From Candidatus Cloacimonadales bacterium (lineage in GTDB: Bacteria > Cloacimonadota > Cloacimonadia > Cloacimonadales > JAIOQZ01): 64,000 bases of DNA. Below, one piece after another: positions 1 to 9,154 of the stretch. The position numbers and the translations under genes were made by a program. Numbering within the stretch: the stretch's first letter is position 1; every line of letters starts with the position of its first letter. The notes beneath the pieces were generated by a model. That model was not told the DNA's origin, searched no databases, and was given only the letters and a program-made list of their open reading frames with translations. The stretch spans positions 1,760,001-1,824,000 of the forward strand of contig CAXXTU010000002.1 in the NCBI GenBank assembly GCA_963662655.2, given 5' to 3'.

Positions 1-2
1 TG

Positions 3-1154
3 CGACACGGATCCTACGAATCCGAGTCGCGAACCATCACCGCACCGAAGGGTCAGGACATCATCGAGCGTTTCACCCTCAAGGCGAAACAGGGCCGCTT
101 CATCGTGGTTGTCGAGCCGATGGACGCGTCCGTTACCATGCTCTCCGGTCAGAAGATCGTAAGCTCGTGGACGGGATCAAAGGAATTCGATCAGATTCTT
201 ACAGGAGAATATCAACTCGTGGTGAACAAATCGGGCTACAAGGAGCAAACGCTTCTTGTGAGAATCGACGAAGATCAGACCAAATCCATGACGGTTGTTC
301 TGGAAAAGGGTGAATCCACTCCGGGAACAGCCGCTCAGGAGAAGCCCAAAACCGCCCCGAACATCCAGATTCGCGGTTCCGAAGGCAATATGGTTTTCGT
401 TCAGGGCGGAAAGTTCATGATGGGGGATGAATTCGGCGACGGCGTCAACAACGAGCGTCCGGTGCACGAACTTACGATCAAGAGCTTTTACATGGGTAAA
501 TTCGAGGTCACGCAGCAGGAATGGGAAAGCCTGATGAGTTCCAACCCATCCAGTATCAAGGGACCCCAATTGCCGGTTACGAACATCACATTCCTCGAAA
601 TGCTCGTTTTCTGCAACAGACTCAGCGAACAGCACGGGCTTCAACCCGTTTATAAAATGGACACGAACAAGGTAACCTACGATTGGAGATCGCGCTCCGT
701 TCAACGTATGGAATGGGAGTACGATGAATTCGCCAACGGCTACCGTCTGCCACTCGAGAAAGAATGGGAGTACGCTGCGAAAGGCGGCGCCATGGCCACG
801 CATACAAAATACAGTGGAAGCAACAACATTGATGACGTCGCGTGGTTCTCCACAAACTCGCAACGCAAGACACATCCGGGCGGTGAGAAGCAGCCGAACG
901 AACTCGGGATATACGACATGAGCGGAAACGCCTGGGAGGCATGCTACGACTGGTATGACCGCGCTCATTACACCCGTCAGAGCAAAGCCCCGGATAAATA
1001 CCCGCAAGGCCCGACCCGCGGCAACCGGAGAATCCGGCGCGGCGGCGGGTACTCCGACAAGGGCAACACATGCACCGTCTCGTACCGGCACAGCTTCAGT
1101 CCCGCCAAGCCAAGCAATGTCGTGGGGCTCAGGGTAGTCCGCAACGCGGAATAG
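3..1154 (+). CDS. PEGA-repeat + formylglycine-generating enzyme (FGE-sulfatase/SUMF1) domain protein, 5' truncated by the window
   Basis: The frame is open from base 3. FGE motifs FMMG, ERPVH, FEVTQ, YRLP.E.EWEYAA and NELGIYDMSGN; PEGA-like GEYQLVVNKSGY upstream. Confidence 0.85.
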   Translation, partial: RHGSYESESRTITAPKGQDIIERFTLKAKQGRFIVVVEPMDASVTMLSGQKIVSSWTGSKEFDQILTGEYQLVVNKSGYKEQTLLVRIDEDQTKSMTVVLEKGESTPGTAAQEKPKTAPNIQIRGSEGNMVFVQGGKFMMGDEFGDGVNNERPVHELTIKSFYMGKFEVTQQEWESLMSSNPSSIKGPQLPVTNITFLEMLVFCNRLSEQHGLQPVYKMDTNKVTYDWRSRSVQRMEWEYDEFANGYRLPLEKEWEYAAKGGAMATHTKYSGSNNIDDVAWFSTNSQRKTHPGGEKQPNELGIYDMSGNAWEACYDWYDRAHYTRQSKAPDKYPQGPTRGNRRIRRGGGYSDKGNTCTVSYRHSFSPAKPSNVVGLRVVRNAE

Positions 1155-1162
1155 AGGGCTGA

Positions 1163-3004
1163 ATGAGACGTCTCACGCTGATTCTGCTGATCATCGTCCT
1201 GCCGTTTATCATGGCTGCACAGACCATCCAGGAGATAAAGGCCGGAAGCGAGTACTACTGGGGCGACGCTACCGCAGATAGCGAGCAGCAGGCCTCTGAC
1301 GCGGCCTTGCGGCGCTTGATGAATCAGATATCGGTTCGAATCGTCTCATCCTATCAAGGCAAGCTTAAAGAAACCGACGGCAGCGTTGAGGAATCGGTCG
1401 AATCAATCGTGAACACGCATTCCACAGCGACGCTTCGCAATGTGGAAACGATCAAGACTTCTCTTCCTGAAGGCATTTACGTCCTTCACTACATACACCG
1501 TGGCGAAGTCCAGAAAATCTGGGACAACCGCAAAAAACTCATCTACGACATCTTCAGTCAGGCCAGCGAAATGGAAGCGTCCGGAAACCTGGGCAACGCC
1601 CTCAAATGGTACTACTTCTGCACCGTGCTGATCAACTCGCTGCCCGAAGAAACCGTCAGATATCAAGAACACAATTTCAGCATCGAAGCGCCGGCGAGCA
1701 TCAACCGCATTCTGCAGGGGATCAACTTCAGTTTCGATAGCGAGCAGCTTTATACGGACAACGAACGCATCATCGATCTACGTATCGACTACCGGGGCAA
1801 GCCGGTTTCCTACCTCGAATTCTCCTTCTGGGACGGCTACGACCAGATACGCGTCACCGGAAAAGACGGTAAGGCAACCGTTCACCTGCTCGGATCCAGC
1901 AAGGACTTCGACAAGCTCGATATCGAGACGCGATACGCCTTCCCGGAGTGCCGCAACGAATACAAGACCGTGAGCGACCTCTGGGATCTGGTCAACAAGC
2001 CCACCTTCAAAGATCGCAAGCGTGTGATGCTCGATAGACCGGGCGAACCCTCCCGGCATGCGCAGAAAATGAAGAGGGGAAAGATGAGCGAACGAGTAAC
2101 CTCGGTCGACCAACTCGACATCACGTTCCATGACGAGACGCCGTGCCCGGTCAAGGAAACCATCGAACAGCAAACACTTGACGTGCTGCCGCTGTTCAAC
2201 GTGAAGGACCGCTTCGAGGCGGCGAGTCATTTCTCCAGCGATCCCTTCCTCAGCAGCAAATTCAAGAGAATCCTGCGCTACAACCAGCCCAGCGTTGTCC
2301 ATACCGAGTTCGAGGCAGAGATCAATCCCACGGCAACCGGATGGGAAAGCCGCAAGTTTACGGTGCTCAACGAGTATCCCACCCTCAAGAAGCAGGTCAC
2401 GGAACACCTGGTGTACGATTACACTCCGGACGGCATGCTCGAGGACATCAACTACAGCATTCTCGACGACCTGTATCAGGACTTTGTTGCAAAAAGCAAG
2501 CTGGGGAACGACTGGGAGAACCGGCAGGTGATCATCAAGTTTGTTGAGAAATACCGCACCGCCTACATGAATCGCGATTCCGAACTGCTCGAATCGATCT
2601 TCTCCGACGACGCGGTGATCATCGTCGGAAGGATACTGACTCCCGCAGAAAAAACCCGGGACTACAAGTACGACAAGCTCAACGAAGATCAGCCGGATGT
2701 GGAATACATCCGCATGACCAAAGACGAATACATGCAACGCCAGAAAGCGACATTCGCGAAGCAGCAGGATATCTACCTGGGATTCTCGACCTTCCGCATC
2801 ACACGAAAGAACAACCTGCAAGGCGTTTACGGCGTCAGCATGCGACAACACTACAACTCAACTGGCTACTCGGACGAAGGCTACCTCTTCCTGCTTATCG
2901 ATTTCAACGACGCAGAACCCAAAATCTACGTCCGCTCCTGGCAACCCCAGGAATGGGAAGAAGAAAAGCTCATCCAGCTCTCCAACTTCAGGATACATAA
3001 GTAA
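1163..3004 (+). CDS. Exported protein with an LPP20-like N-terminal domain and an NTF2-like C-terminal domain
   Basis: Signal peptide; YYWG...A..AL..L..QI pattern; C-terminal FVEKYRTAY...IFSDDAVIIVG...YSDEGYLFLLIDF..PKIYVRSWQP. Starts 8 bp after the FGE gene. Confidence 0.6.
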   Translation: MRRLTLILLIIVLPFIMAAQTIQEIKAGSEYYWGDATADSEQQASDAALRRLMNQISVRIVSSYQGKLKETDGSVEESVESIVNTHSTATLRNVETIKTSLPEGIYVLHYIHRGEVQKIWDNRKKLIYDIFSQASEMEASGNLGNALKWYYFCTVLINSLPEETVRYQEHNFSIEAPASINRILQGINFSFDSEQLYTDNERIIDLRIDYRGKPVSYLEFSFWDGYDQIRVTGKDGKATVHLLGSSKDFDKLDIETRYAFPECRNEYKTVSDLWDLVNKPTFKDRKRVMLDRPGEPSRHAQKMKRGKMSERVTSVDQLDITFHDETPCPVKETIEQQTLDVLPLFNVKDRFEAASHFSSDPFLSSKFKRILRYNQPSVVHTEFEAEINPTATGWESRKFTVLNEYPTLKKQVTEHLVYDYTPDGMLEDINYSILDDLYQDFVAKSKLGNDWENRQVIIKFVEKYRTAYMNRDSELLESIFSDDAVIIVGRILTPAEKTRDYKYDKLNEDQPDVEYIRMTKDEYMQRQKATFAKQQDIYLGFSTFRITRKNNLQGVYGVSMRQHYNSTGYSDEGYLFLLIDFNDAEPKIYVRSWQPQEWEEEKLIQLSNFRIHK

Positions 3005-3023
3005 AACCTTCATACCTCACAAG

Positions 3024-3148
3024 AGTGAAGCAGATTCGTTCGATCGCCGTCTGTGCAGGGTGTTTCACAGCCTTGCTACTTTATTCTCTTTGATTTGCAA
3101 GGCTGTGGTATATCCCTGTGCAGACGGCGATCGGGCGAAGATGCCACG
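3024..3148 (+). repeat. Rod-hairpin element family 1, copy A
   Basis: Long imperfect inverted repeat ...AGATTCGTTCGATCGCCGTCTG..CAGGG..CACAGCCTTGC / GCAAGGCTGTG GTATAT CCCTG..CAGACGGCG ATCGGGCGAAGAT GCCACG. Shares motifs with the copies at 10902, 26079 and 56752. Confidence 0.9.
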
Positions 3149-3203
3149 AAGCTGCAAAAGGAACGAAAACACACCGCCTGCAGCCTCCCCTCTCTCCATC
3201 CCT

Positions 3204-3245
3204 ATCCTGTATATCCTGCGAATCCTGCAAATCCTGATTCTGACA
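3204..3245. repeat. 9-bp period tandem repeat (ATCCTGnnn)x4 ending ATTCTGAC
   Basis: ATCCTG at 3204, 3213, 3222 and 3231. Confidence 0.85.
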
Positions 3246-3263
3246 TCTCCCAGCTTCATTCAC

Positions 3264-3295
3264 AAAAAAAAGCCCCCACCTTATCGATGGGGGCT
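3264..3295 (-). terminator. Rho-independent terminator of the kor-mmd operon
   Basis: AGCCCCCA/TGGGGGCT stem with an A8 tract on the left (U tract on the minus strand), 16 bp past the mmdB stop. Confidence 0.85.
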
Positions 3296-3311
3296 CACAG
3301 TATATAATCGT

Positions 3312-4424
3312 CTATCCCAAAATACCCAGCAGCACACCGGCAGCCACAGCGGAACCGATCACACCGGCCACGTTGGGCGCCATCGCGTGCATAAGCAGGT
3401 AATTCGATTTGTCGTAGGCCCTACCCACATTGTGAACAACGCGAGCGCTGTCCGGAACAGCCGAAACGCCGGATGCTCCAATCATGGGATTGAGCTTTTC
3501 CTTGAGGAAGAGATTCATCAGCTTGGCGAAAAGCACGCCACCTGCGGTAGCAACGCAGAAAGAAAACGCGCCAAGCGCAAAAATCTTCACCGAGTCGACC
3601 TTCAGGAATACGTCGGCCTGCGTACTTGCGCCCACGCTGAATCCCAGGACGATGGTAATGATATCGATCAACGCATTGCGAGCGGTATTCGCCAAACGCT
3701 CGGTAACGCCACTCTCTTTGAGCAGATTCCCGAAGAAAAGCATGCCTAAAAGCGCGGATGCGCCCGGAGCGATGCAGATCGTAACGATACCGGCAATCAG
3801 CGGGAAGAATATCTTCTCGCGCTTGCTGACAAGTCGCGGGGTTTTCATCTTGATGAGGCGTTCCTTACGGGTGGTCAGCGCTTTGATAATGGGCGGCTGA
3901 ATCACCGGAACGAGCGCCATGTAGGAATACGCCGCAATCGCGATGGGACCCACCAGATGCGGAGCCAGCTTCGATGACAGGAAGATCGATGTCGGGCCGT
4001 CCGCCCCACCGATGATACCGATCGCGCCGGCTTCCCCAATGGAGAATCCAAGCATGATCGCGCCGAAGAACGTTGCGAAGATACCCACCTGTGCCGCCGC
4101 GCCGAGAAGAATCAGCTTCGGATTCGCAATGAGAGTAGAGAAGTCGGTCATAGCACCAATTCCGAGGAAAATCAGCGGAGGATAAATTCCGCCGGTCACC
4201 CCGAAGTACATTTGGTTGAAAACCGATCCTAAATCATACACGCCCAAGCTGCCCGGAATGTTTCCCAGGATGATACCGAATCCGATCGGCACCAGCAGAA
4301 GCGGTTCGTAGTCTTTGGCGATTCCCAGATATATGAACGCCAACCCCACGACGATCATCACGCCGTATTGCCAGGTAAACTGGGCAAAAGCGGTTGTCCC
4401 GATAAAGTGAAGTAGTTCCGCCAT
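3312..4424 (-). CDS. mmdB: Na+-translocating decarboxylase beta subunit (MmdB/OadB)
   Basis: EPLLLVPIGFG, IFLGIGAMTDF, IIGGADGPT, AAYSYMALVP and HAMAPNVAG motifs. Confidence 0.95.
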   Translation of the reverse strand: MAELLHFIGTTAFAQFTWQYGVMIVVGLAFIYLGIAKDYEPLLLVPIGFGIILGNIPGSLGVYDLGSVFNQMYFGVTGGIYPPLIFLGIGAMTDFSTLIANPKLILLGAAAQVGIFATFFGAIMLGFSIGEAGAIGIIGGADGPTSIFLSSKLAPHLVGPIAIAAYSYMALVPVIQPPIIKALTTRKERLIKMKTPRLVSKREKIFFPLIAGIVTICIAPGASALLGMLFFGNLLKESGVTERLANTARNALIDIITIVLGFSVGASTQADVFLKVDSVKIFALGAFSFCVATAGGVLFAKLMNLFLKEKLNPMIGASGVSAVPDSARVVHNVGRAYDKSNYLLMHAMAPNVAGVIGSAVAAGVLLGILG

Positions 4425-4425
4425 A

Positions 4426-5172
4426 TCAGTCTCCCAATTCGACTAATATATCGTGTTCCTGAACGGTATCGCCTTTCTTCACACGAACGGCTTTCACCTT
4501 GCCGGCCCACGGGGTAGGCACTTCGGATTCCATCTTCATCGCTTCCAGAATCACCACGGTATCTTCCGCTTGAAGCACGTCGCCTTCCTTCACCAGGACG
4601 TCGAGAATGATGCCAGGCATGGGAGACGTGATGTTCTTCGCACCGGTCGGCTGCGGTTTTGGTTGCGGCTTGCTTGCCGGAGCTGTTTTACCGCTGATGC
4701 CTTCGCCAACGGGTTTCGCAGGCTTGGCAGGAGCTGGTTCGGCTGGTTTTTCGAGGCTCTCTATCAGGATGAGTGTTTGACCTTCCTGAACGGATTCGCC
4801 CTTGGAGCACCGTATCTTCGTGATCGTGCCGTCAAACGGCGCTACGATCTCCGATTCCATCTTCATCGCTTCGAGAATCACCAGCACATCGCCGGCTTTC
4901 ACCACATCCTTTTCCTTCACGGGAATGGAAATGATGACGCCAGGAAGCGGCGCTGAAATCTCGCCGTTCGATCGGGATCCCGAAGAAAGCTTCGGAACGC
5001 TCGCTGCGGAAGTGCTGGAGCGGACAAGCTTCGGTGAATGGCTCACCTCATCCTGTTCGAGCTCGACGAAATATTCGAGATCGTTGACGGTAACTTTTGC
5101 CGTCAGCCCATCGTACGTGCGAACACGCGCATTGTAGGTCTGACCGTTTATTTTCATTCGATATGTTTTCAT
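4426..5172 (-). CDS. mmdC: Biotin carboxyl carrier subunit with two biotinyl domains (MmdC-like)
   Basis: Start reassigned to MKTYRMKING (ATGA overlap with the upstream gene). EAMKMES occurs twice, separated by a Pro/Ala/Lys linker. Confidence 0.9.
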   Translation of the reverse strand: MKTYRMKINGQTYNARVRTYDGLTAKVTVNDLEYFVELEQDEVSHSPKLVRSSTSAASVPKLSSGSRSNGEISAPLPGVIISIPVKEKDVVKAGDVLVILEAMKMESEIVAPFDGTITKIRCSKGESVQEGQTLILIESLEKPAEPAPAKPAKPVGEGISGKTAPASKPQPKPQPTGAKNITSPMPGIILDVLVKEGDVLQAEDTVVILEAMKMESEVPTPWAGKVKAVRVKKGDTVQEHDILVELGD

Positions 5173-5768
5173 GATCTCCCCTTCGCCTGGAAATAGGTTT
5201 GGTTCGGCATTGCAGATCTGGATGAACCACGCCACAGGGAAAGCGGTGCGCGTTTCCAGGTCAAAAGAAGTTTCTGACGTTCTTCCGCTTCGGCGATGTG
5301 CAAATGAAGCGCTGTTATCACGGCAATGATTGCATTGGTGCTGATATCGGGTTGTGGCCCGGTTACCTTGCCAATAGAGGTCTTGACCGTTTGCTCGGGT
5401 GTGTTGACCTTTTTCGGCTTCTGGTTGATATGCTTGATCTGTGAGATGATGACGCCCGTCACGATCAGACTCAGGAACACCACGAGCATACCCGTGATCG
5501 TGATGGACGTACAGAAAGCCATTAAATTCCCGTGGAAATCCTTATGGACTTCCTCGAGCTGTTCCTTCGTAATCCCCAATTCACCGATTGTGGATGTTCT
5601 CGGGGTCTCGTGAGGAAGTTCCAGCTTCTGAACAAGCTTCTTCACCGGCATCTTCATCGCTCTGGCAGTCTGCAACAGCGTCATGTCGCCAGTCACGGAA
5701 AGCTTGTCTTCCGCCCATACAGCCGAAGCAATCAATACAATCAGGAGAATCGACAAGAAGGTTCTCAT
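5169..5768 (-). CDS. Decarboxylase delta/gamma-type subunit (MmdD/OadG-like) with an extra N-terminal exported domain
   Basis: GMLVVFLSL TM segment, IAVITAL motif and C-terminal W..S.R pattern; lies between mmdA and the biotin carrier. Confidence 0.75.
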   Translation of the reverse strand: MRTFLSILLIVLIASAVWAEDKLSVTGDMTLLQTARAMKMPVKKLVQKLELPHETPRTSTIGELGITKEQLEEVHKDFHGNLMAFCTSITITGMLVVFLSLIVTGVIISQIKHINQKPKKVNTPEQTVKTSIGKVTGPQPDISTNAIIAVITALHLHIAEAEERQKLLLTWKRAPLSLWRGSSRSAMPNQTYFQAKGRS

Positions 5769-5780
5769 GTCATCTCCTTC

Positions 5781-7331
5781 CTATAAAGGCATGTTGCCAT
5801 GTTTTTTAGGCGGATTGCTGTCCTTCTTGGTGGCCAGCATCTCCAGCGCGCGAATAACTCTGAAACGGGTTACAGATGGCTCGATCACGTCGTCGACGTA
5901 ACCTTTCTCCGCCGCGGCATAAGGATTGGCGAATTTATCGCGATATTCCTGTTCTTTCTCGGTGAGTACCTTGTCGGGATTGGCAGATTCCTTGGCTTCC
6001 TTACGGAAGATGATCTCCACCGCTCCCTTGGGACCCATCACAGCGATCTCCGCCGACGGCCATGCGTAGACGACATCCGCACGCATGTGACGGCTGTTCA
6101 TCACGCAGTACGCGCCACCGTAAGCCTTGCGCAGGATAACGGTGATCTTTGGCACCGTCGCTTCCGCGAAAGCGAACAACAGCTTCGCGCCGTTGCGGAT
6201 AATTCCGTTGTGCTCCTGATTCGATCCCGGAAGGAATCCGGGAACGTCCTCCAGCACGAGAATCGGGATGTTGAACGAATCGCAGAAGCGGATGAATCGC
6301 GCCGCTTTGATCGATGCGTCGATATCCAGAACGCCGGCAAGGAACTTCGGCTGATTTGCGATGAAACCGACCGAGTAACCGTTCATGCGACCGAAGCCCG
6401 TGACAATATTCTGCGCGAAGTTTCTGGCAACTTCCAGGAATTCGCCGTCGTCAACCAGCAGGCTGATGACATCAAGAATGTTGTATGGCTTGTTCGGGTT
6501 GTCCGGGATGATCGAGTTGAGCTCGTCGCTCTTGCGATCGATCGGATCCGTCGTGGGAACGTAAGGCGGGTCTTCCAGGTTGTTTGAGGGCAGGTAGCTC
6601 AGCAGCTTCTGGATCAGCAGGATGGTTTCCTGCTCGTTATCCGTGATGAACTGTGCCACACCGCTCTTGCTGGCGTGGATTTGAGCTCCGCCGAGACCTT
6701 CCGTCGAAATGTCTTCGTTCAGAACGGTCTTAACCACCTTGGGGCCCGTAACGAACATATAGCTGGACTCGCGGTCCATAATGATGAAATCGGTGATGGC
6801 GGGGGAATATACCGCGCCACCGGCACACGGGCCGAGGATCGCCGATATCTGCGGGATCACGCCGGAAGCCTGCACGTTGCGCCAGAAGATTTCTGCGTAA
6901 CCGGCAAGCGCGTCAACGCCTTCCTGAATACGAGCGCCACCGGAATCGTTGAGACCGATAACCGGAGCTCCCACCTTCATCGCCATGTCCATGATCTTGC
7001 ATATCTTGTCGGCGTAGGTTTTGGAAAGCGATCCACCAAAGACGGTGAAATCCTGCGCAAAGATGTAAACCAGACGCTTGTTGATGGTAGCGCAACCGGT
7101 AATTACACCGTCGCCGGCAATACGGCTTTTCTCGAGTCCGAAGTTGTGACTCTGATGTTTTACAAACATGTCGAACTCTTCAAAGCTTTCAGGGTCAACC
7201 AGCGCTTTGATTCGTTCACGGGCAGTCATTTTACCCTTGGCGTGTTGATCGTCAATTCGTTTCTGACCGCCGCCAAGCTCTGCTTCTTCTCTCATTGCGC
7301 GAAGCTTGGCGATCTGGTTATTCATTTCCAT
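5781..7331 (-). CDS. mmdA: Methylmalonyl-CoA decarboxylase alpha / acyl-CoA carboxyltransferase
   Basis: [45 protein letters not shown] and KKHGNMPL. Confidence 0.95.
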   Translation of the reverse strand: MEMNNQIAKLRAMREEAELGGGQKRIDDQHAKGKMTARERIKALVDPESFEEFDMFVKHQSHNFGLEKSRIAGDGVITGCATINKRLVYIFAQDFTVFGGSLSKTYADKICKIMDMAMKVGAPVIGLNDSGGARIQEGVDALAGYAEIFWRNVQASGVIPQISAILGPCAGGAVYSPAITDFIIMDRESSYMFVTGPKVVKTVLNEDISTEGLGGAQIHASKSGVAQFITDNEQETILLIQKLLSYLPSNNLEDPPYVPTTDPIDRKSDELNSIIPDNPNKPYNILDVISLLVDDGEFLEVARNFAQNIVTGFGRMNGYSVGFIANQPKFLAGVLDIDASIKAARFIRFCDSFNIPILVLEDVPGFLPGSNQEHNGIIRNGAKLLFAFAEATVPKITVILRKAYGGAYCVMNSRHMRADVVYAWPSAEIAVMGPKGAVEIIFRKEAKESANPDKVLTEKEQEYRDKFANPYAAAEKGYVDDVIEPSVTRFRVIRALEMLATKKDSNPPKKHGNMPL

Positions 7332-7746
7332 GATTCTCCTCGTGATGATCCTTATCCTTGCACAGCTCCAAGAGGACGCCGTTGGTCGATTTCGGATGCA
7401 GGAAAGCTATGTCTGCTCCATGGGCTCCAGGACGCGGCACTTTATCGATCAGTTGCAAGCCCTTCTTCTCGGCTTCTTCAAGCTCCTTGGGAAGGTCGTC
7501 CACCGACAATGCCAGATGCTGGATTCCTTCGCCTCGTTTCTCGATGTACTTGGCGATGGGGCTGTCCTCCGAGGTGGCCGAGAGCAGTTCGATGCGAACG
7601 TCTCCCACGGTAATGAAAGCGACCTTCACCTTCTGAGATTCAACAACCTCGGTGCTATCCACTTTCAAGCCCATCTTCTCGTAGAATTTTGCAGCCTCGT
7701 CCAGATCCTTTACCGCGATTCCGATATGACTGATTTTCTTTATCAT
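7318..7746 (-). CDS. mce: Methylmalonyl-CoA epimerase
   Basis: [30 protein letters not shown] (VOC fold). Confidence 0.95.
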   Translation of the reverse strand: MIKKISHIGIAVKDLDEAAKFYEKMGLKVDSTEVVESQKVKVAFITVGDVRIELLSATSEDSPIAKYIEKRGEGIQHLALSVDDLPKELEEAEKKGLQLIDKVPRPGAHGADIAFLHPKSTNGVLLELCKDKDHHEENHGNE

Positions 7747-7758
7747 TGTATTTCTCTA

Positions 7759-8316
7759 TTATTCGTTGTCCGCTAATTCAAAGCCGATCTTCATCGCTTT
7801 GAGATTGATATCAACATAAGCCGGTTTCACGCTCTCGCGGATGCCCTTTTCCAGCGATTCGGCCGTGACGATTCCCGTCTTTCTCACCAGGAACGAAAGC
7901 GACAGAATGTTGGTTGAAAGCGGAGAACCGAGTTTCTCGATGGCGATTTCCGTGAACGGCAATTCATAGGATGAGGAATTGAGCAGCGAGATGTTCTTGA
8001 CGTATGTCGTATCCGCGATCAGGATTCCGTCATCCTTCAGGTCGAAGAGATACTTATCGCAGGCTTCCTGGGTGAGCGCCATGAGGATATCGAAATTGGT
8101 CGCTTCCGGGTAGAAAACCTCTTCGTTGCTGATGATCACGTCGGCACGGCTTGCACCGCCGCGAGATTCCGGTCCGTAGCTCTGGGTCTGCGTAACGCGA
8201 TATTTCTCGTACATGGCTGCCTTGGCAAGAATGATGCCGGCAAGGATGAGTCCCTGGCCGCCGCTTCCGCTCAGGCGAACTTCGCTACGAAAATATTCTT
8301 CTTTCTTACTTTTCAT
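7759..8316 (-). CDS. korC: 2-oxoacid:ferredoxin oxidoreductase gamma subunit
   Basis: GSGGQGLILAG, QSYGPESRGG. Confidence 0.9.
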   Translation of the reverse strand: MKSKKEEYFRSEVRLSGSGGQGLILAGIILAKAAMYEKYRVTQTQSYGPESRGGASRADVIISNEEVFYPEATNFDILMALTQEACDKYLFDLKDDGILIADTTYVKNISLLNSSSYELPFTEIAIEKLGSPLSTNILSLSFLVRKTGIVTAESLEKGIRESVKPAYVDINLKAMKIGFELADNE

Positions 8317-9154
8317 CTTTAGCCTCCTTGCCAGTAAGGTTGGCGATGAGGTTTGCGTATCTTTGCGTATATTCGAGTGATTCTCTTTGTCTCAGGATGC
8401 CGCGGATGATCTTCCCGTCTCTTTCTTCTTCGGGGATTTTCTCGGCGGCCTTCATGGTGATCGAATTCTCCTGCAGATACTTCAGCATCTGGGGGGCGCT
8501 TCCCTTCTTGTTCAGCCGTCCGAAGATGACCGGGCAGGTGCTGGCGATCTCGACCAGCGAGAATCCCTTGTGCTGGATCGCCTTTTTGAGGAAGTCCTGG
8601 GTCTCGTTCGTGTGGAACGCGGTGGTGCGTGCAACGAATGACGCGCCGGCTCCCATCGCGAGTTCGCAGATATCGAAGTTGGGATCGATATTGCCGTAAG
8701 GGGTTGTCGTCGAGATGCTCTCTTCCGGTGTCGTCGGAGAGTACTGACCGCCGGTCATACCGTAGATGTTGTTGTTTATCAGGATCACGGTGATGTCGAT
8801 GTTTCTGCGTGCGGCGTGGATAAAATGGTTTCCACCGATCGCCGTCGCGTCCCCGTCACCGGTTACAACGATCACGTGAAGCTCCGGACGGAACATCTTG
8901 ATACCGGTCGCGTAAGCGATTGCGCGGCCGTGTACCGAGTGAAGCGTATTGAAATCAACATAGACCGGCATACGGCTCGAACAGCCGATTCCGGATACCA
9001 TTACGATATCGTCGCGATCGAGGCCAAGCTCGGATGTCGCGCGGATGATGTCGCCAAGGACGATGCCGTTACTGCAACCCGAGCACCAGACATGCGGAAA
9101 CTTCTTGTTATGTCTGAGATAGCTGTGAATGGTTTTTTGCGGTATGGCTGCCAT
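8306..9154 (-). CDS. korB: 2-oxoacid:ferredoxin oxidoreductase beta subunit
   Basis: WCSGC, SGIGCS and the TPP motif GDGD...NN.IYGMTGGQ.SPT. Confidence 0.92.
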   Translation of the reverse strand: MAAIPQKTIHSYLRHNKKFPHVWCSGCSNGIVLGDIIRATSELGLDRDDIVMVSGIGCSSRMPVYVDFNTLHSVHGRAIAYATGIKMFRPELHVIVVTGDGDATAIGGNHFIHAARRNIDITVILINNNIYGMTGGQYSPTTPEESISTTTPYGNIDPNFDICELAMGAGASFVARTTAFHTNETQDFLKKAIQHKGFSLVEIASTCPVIFGRLNKKGSAPQMLKYLQENSITMKAAEKIPEEERDGKIIRGILRQRESLEYTQRYANLIANLTGKEAKDEK

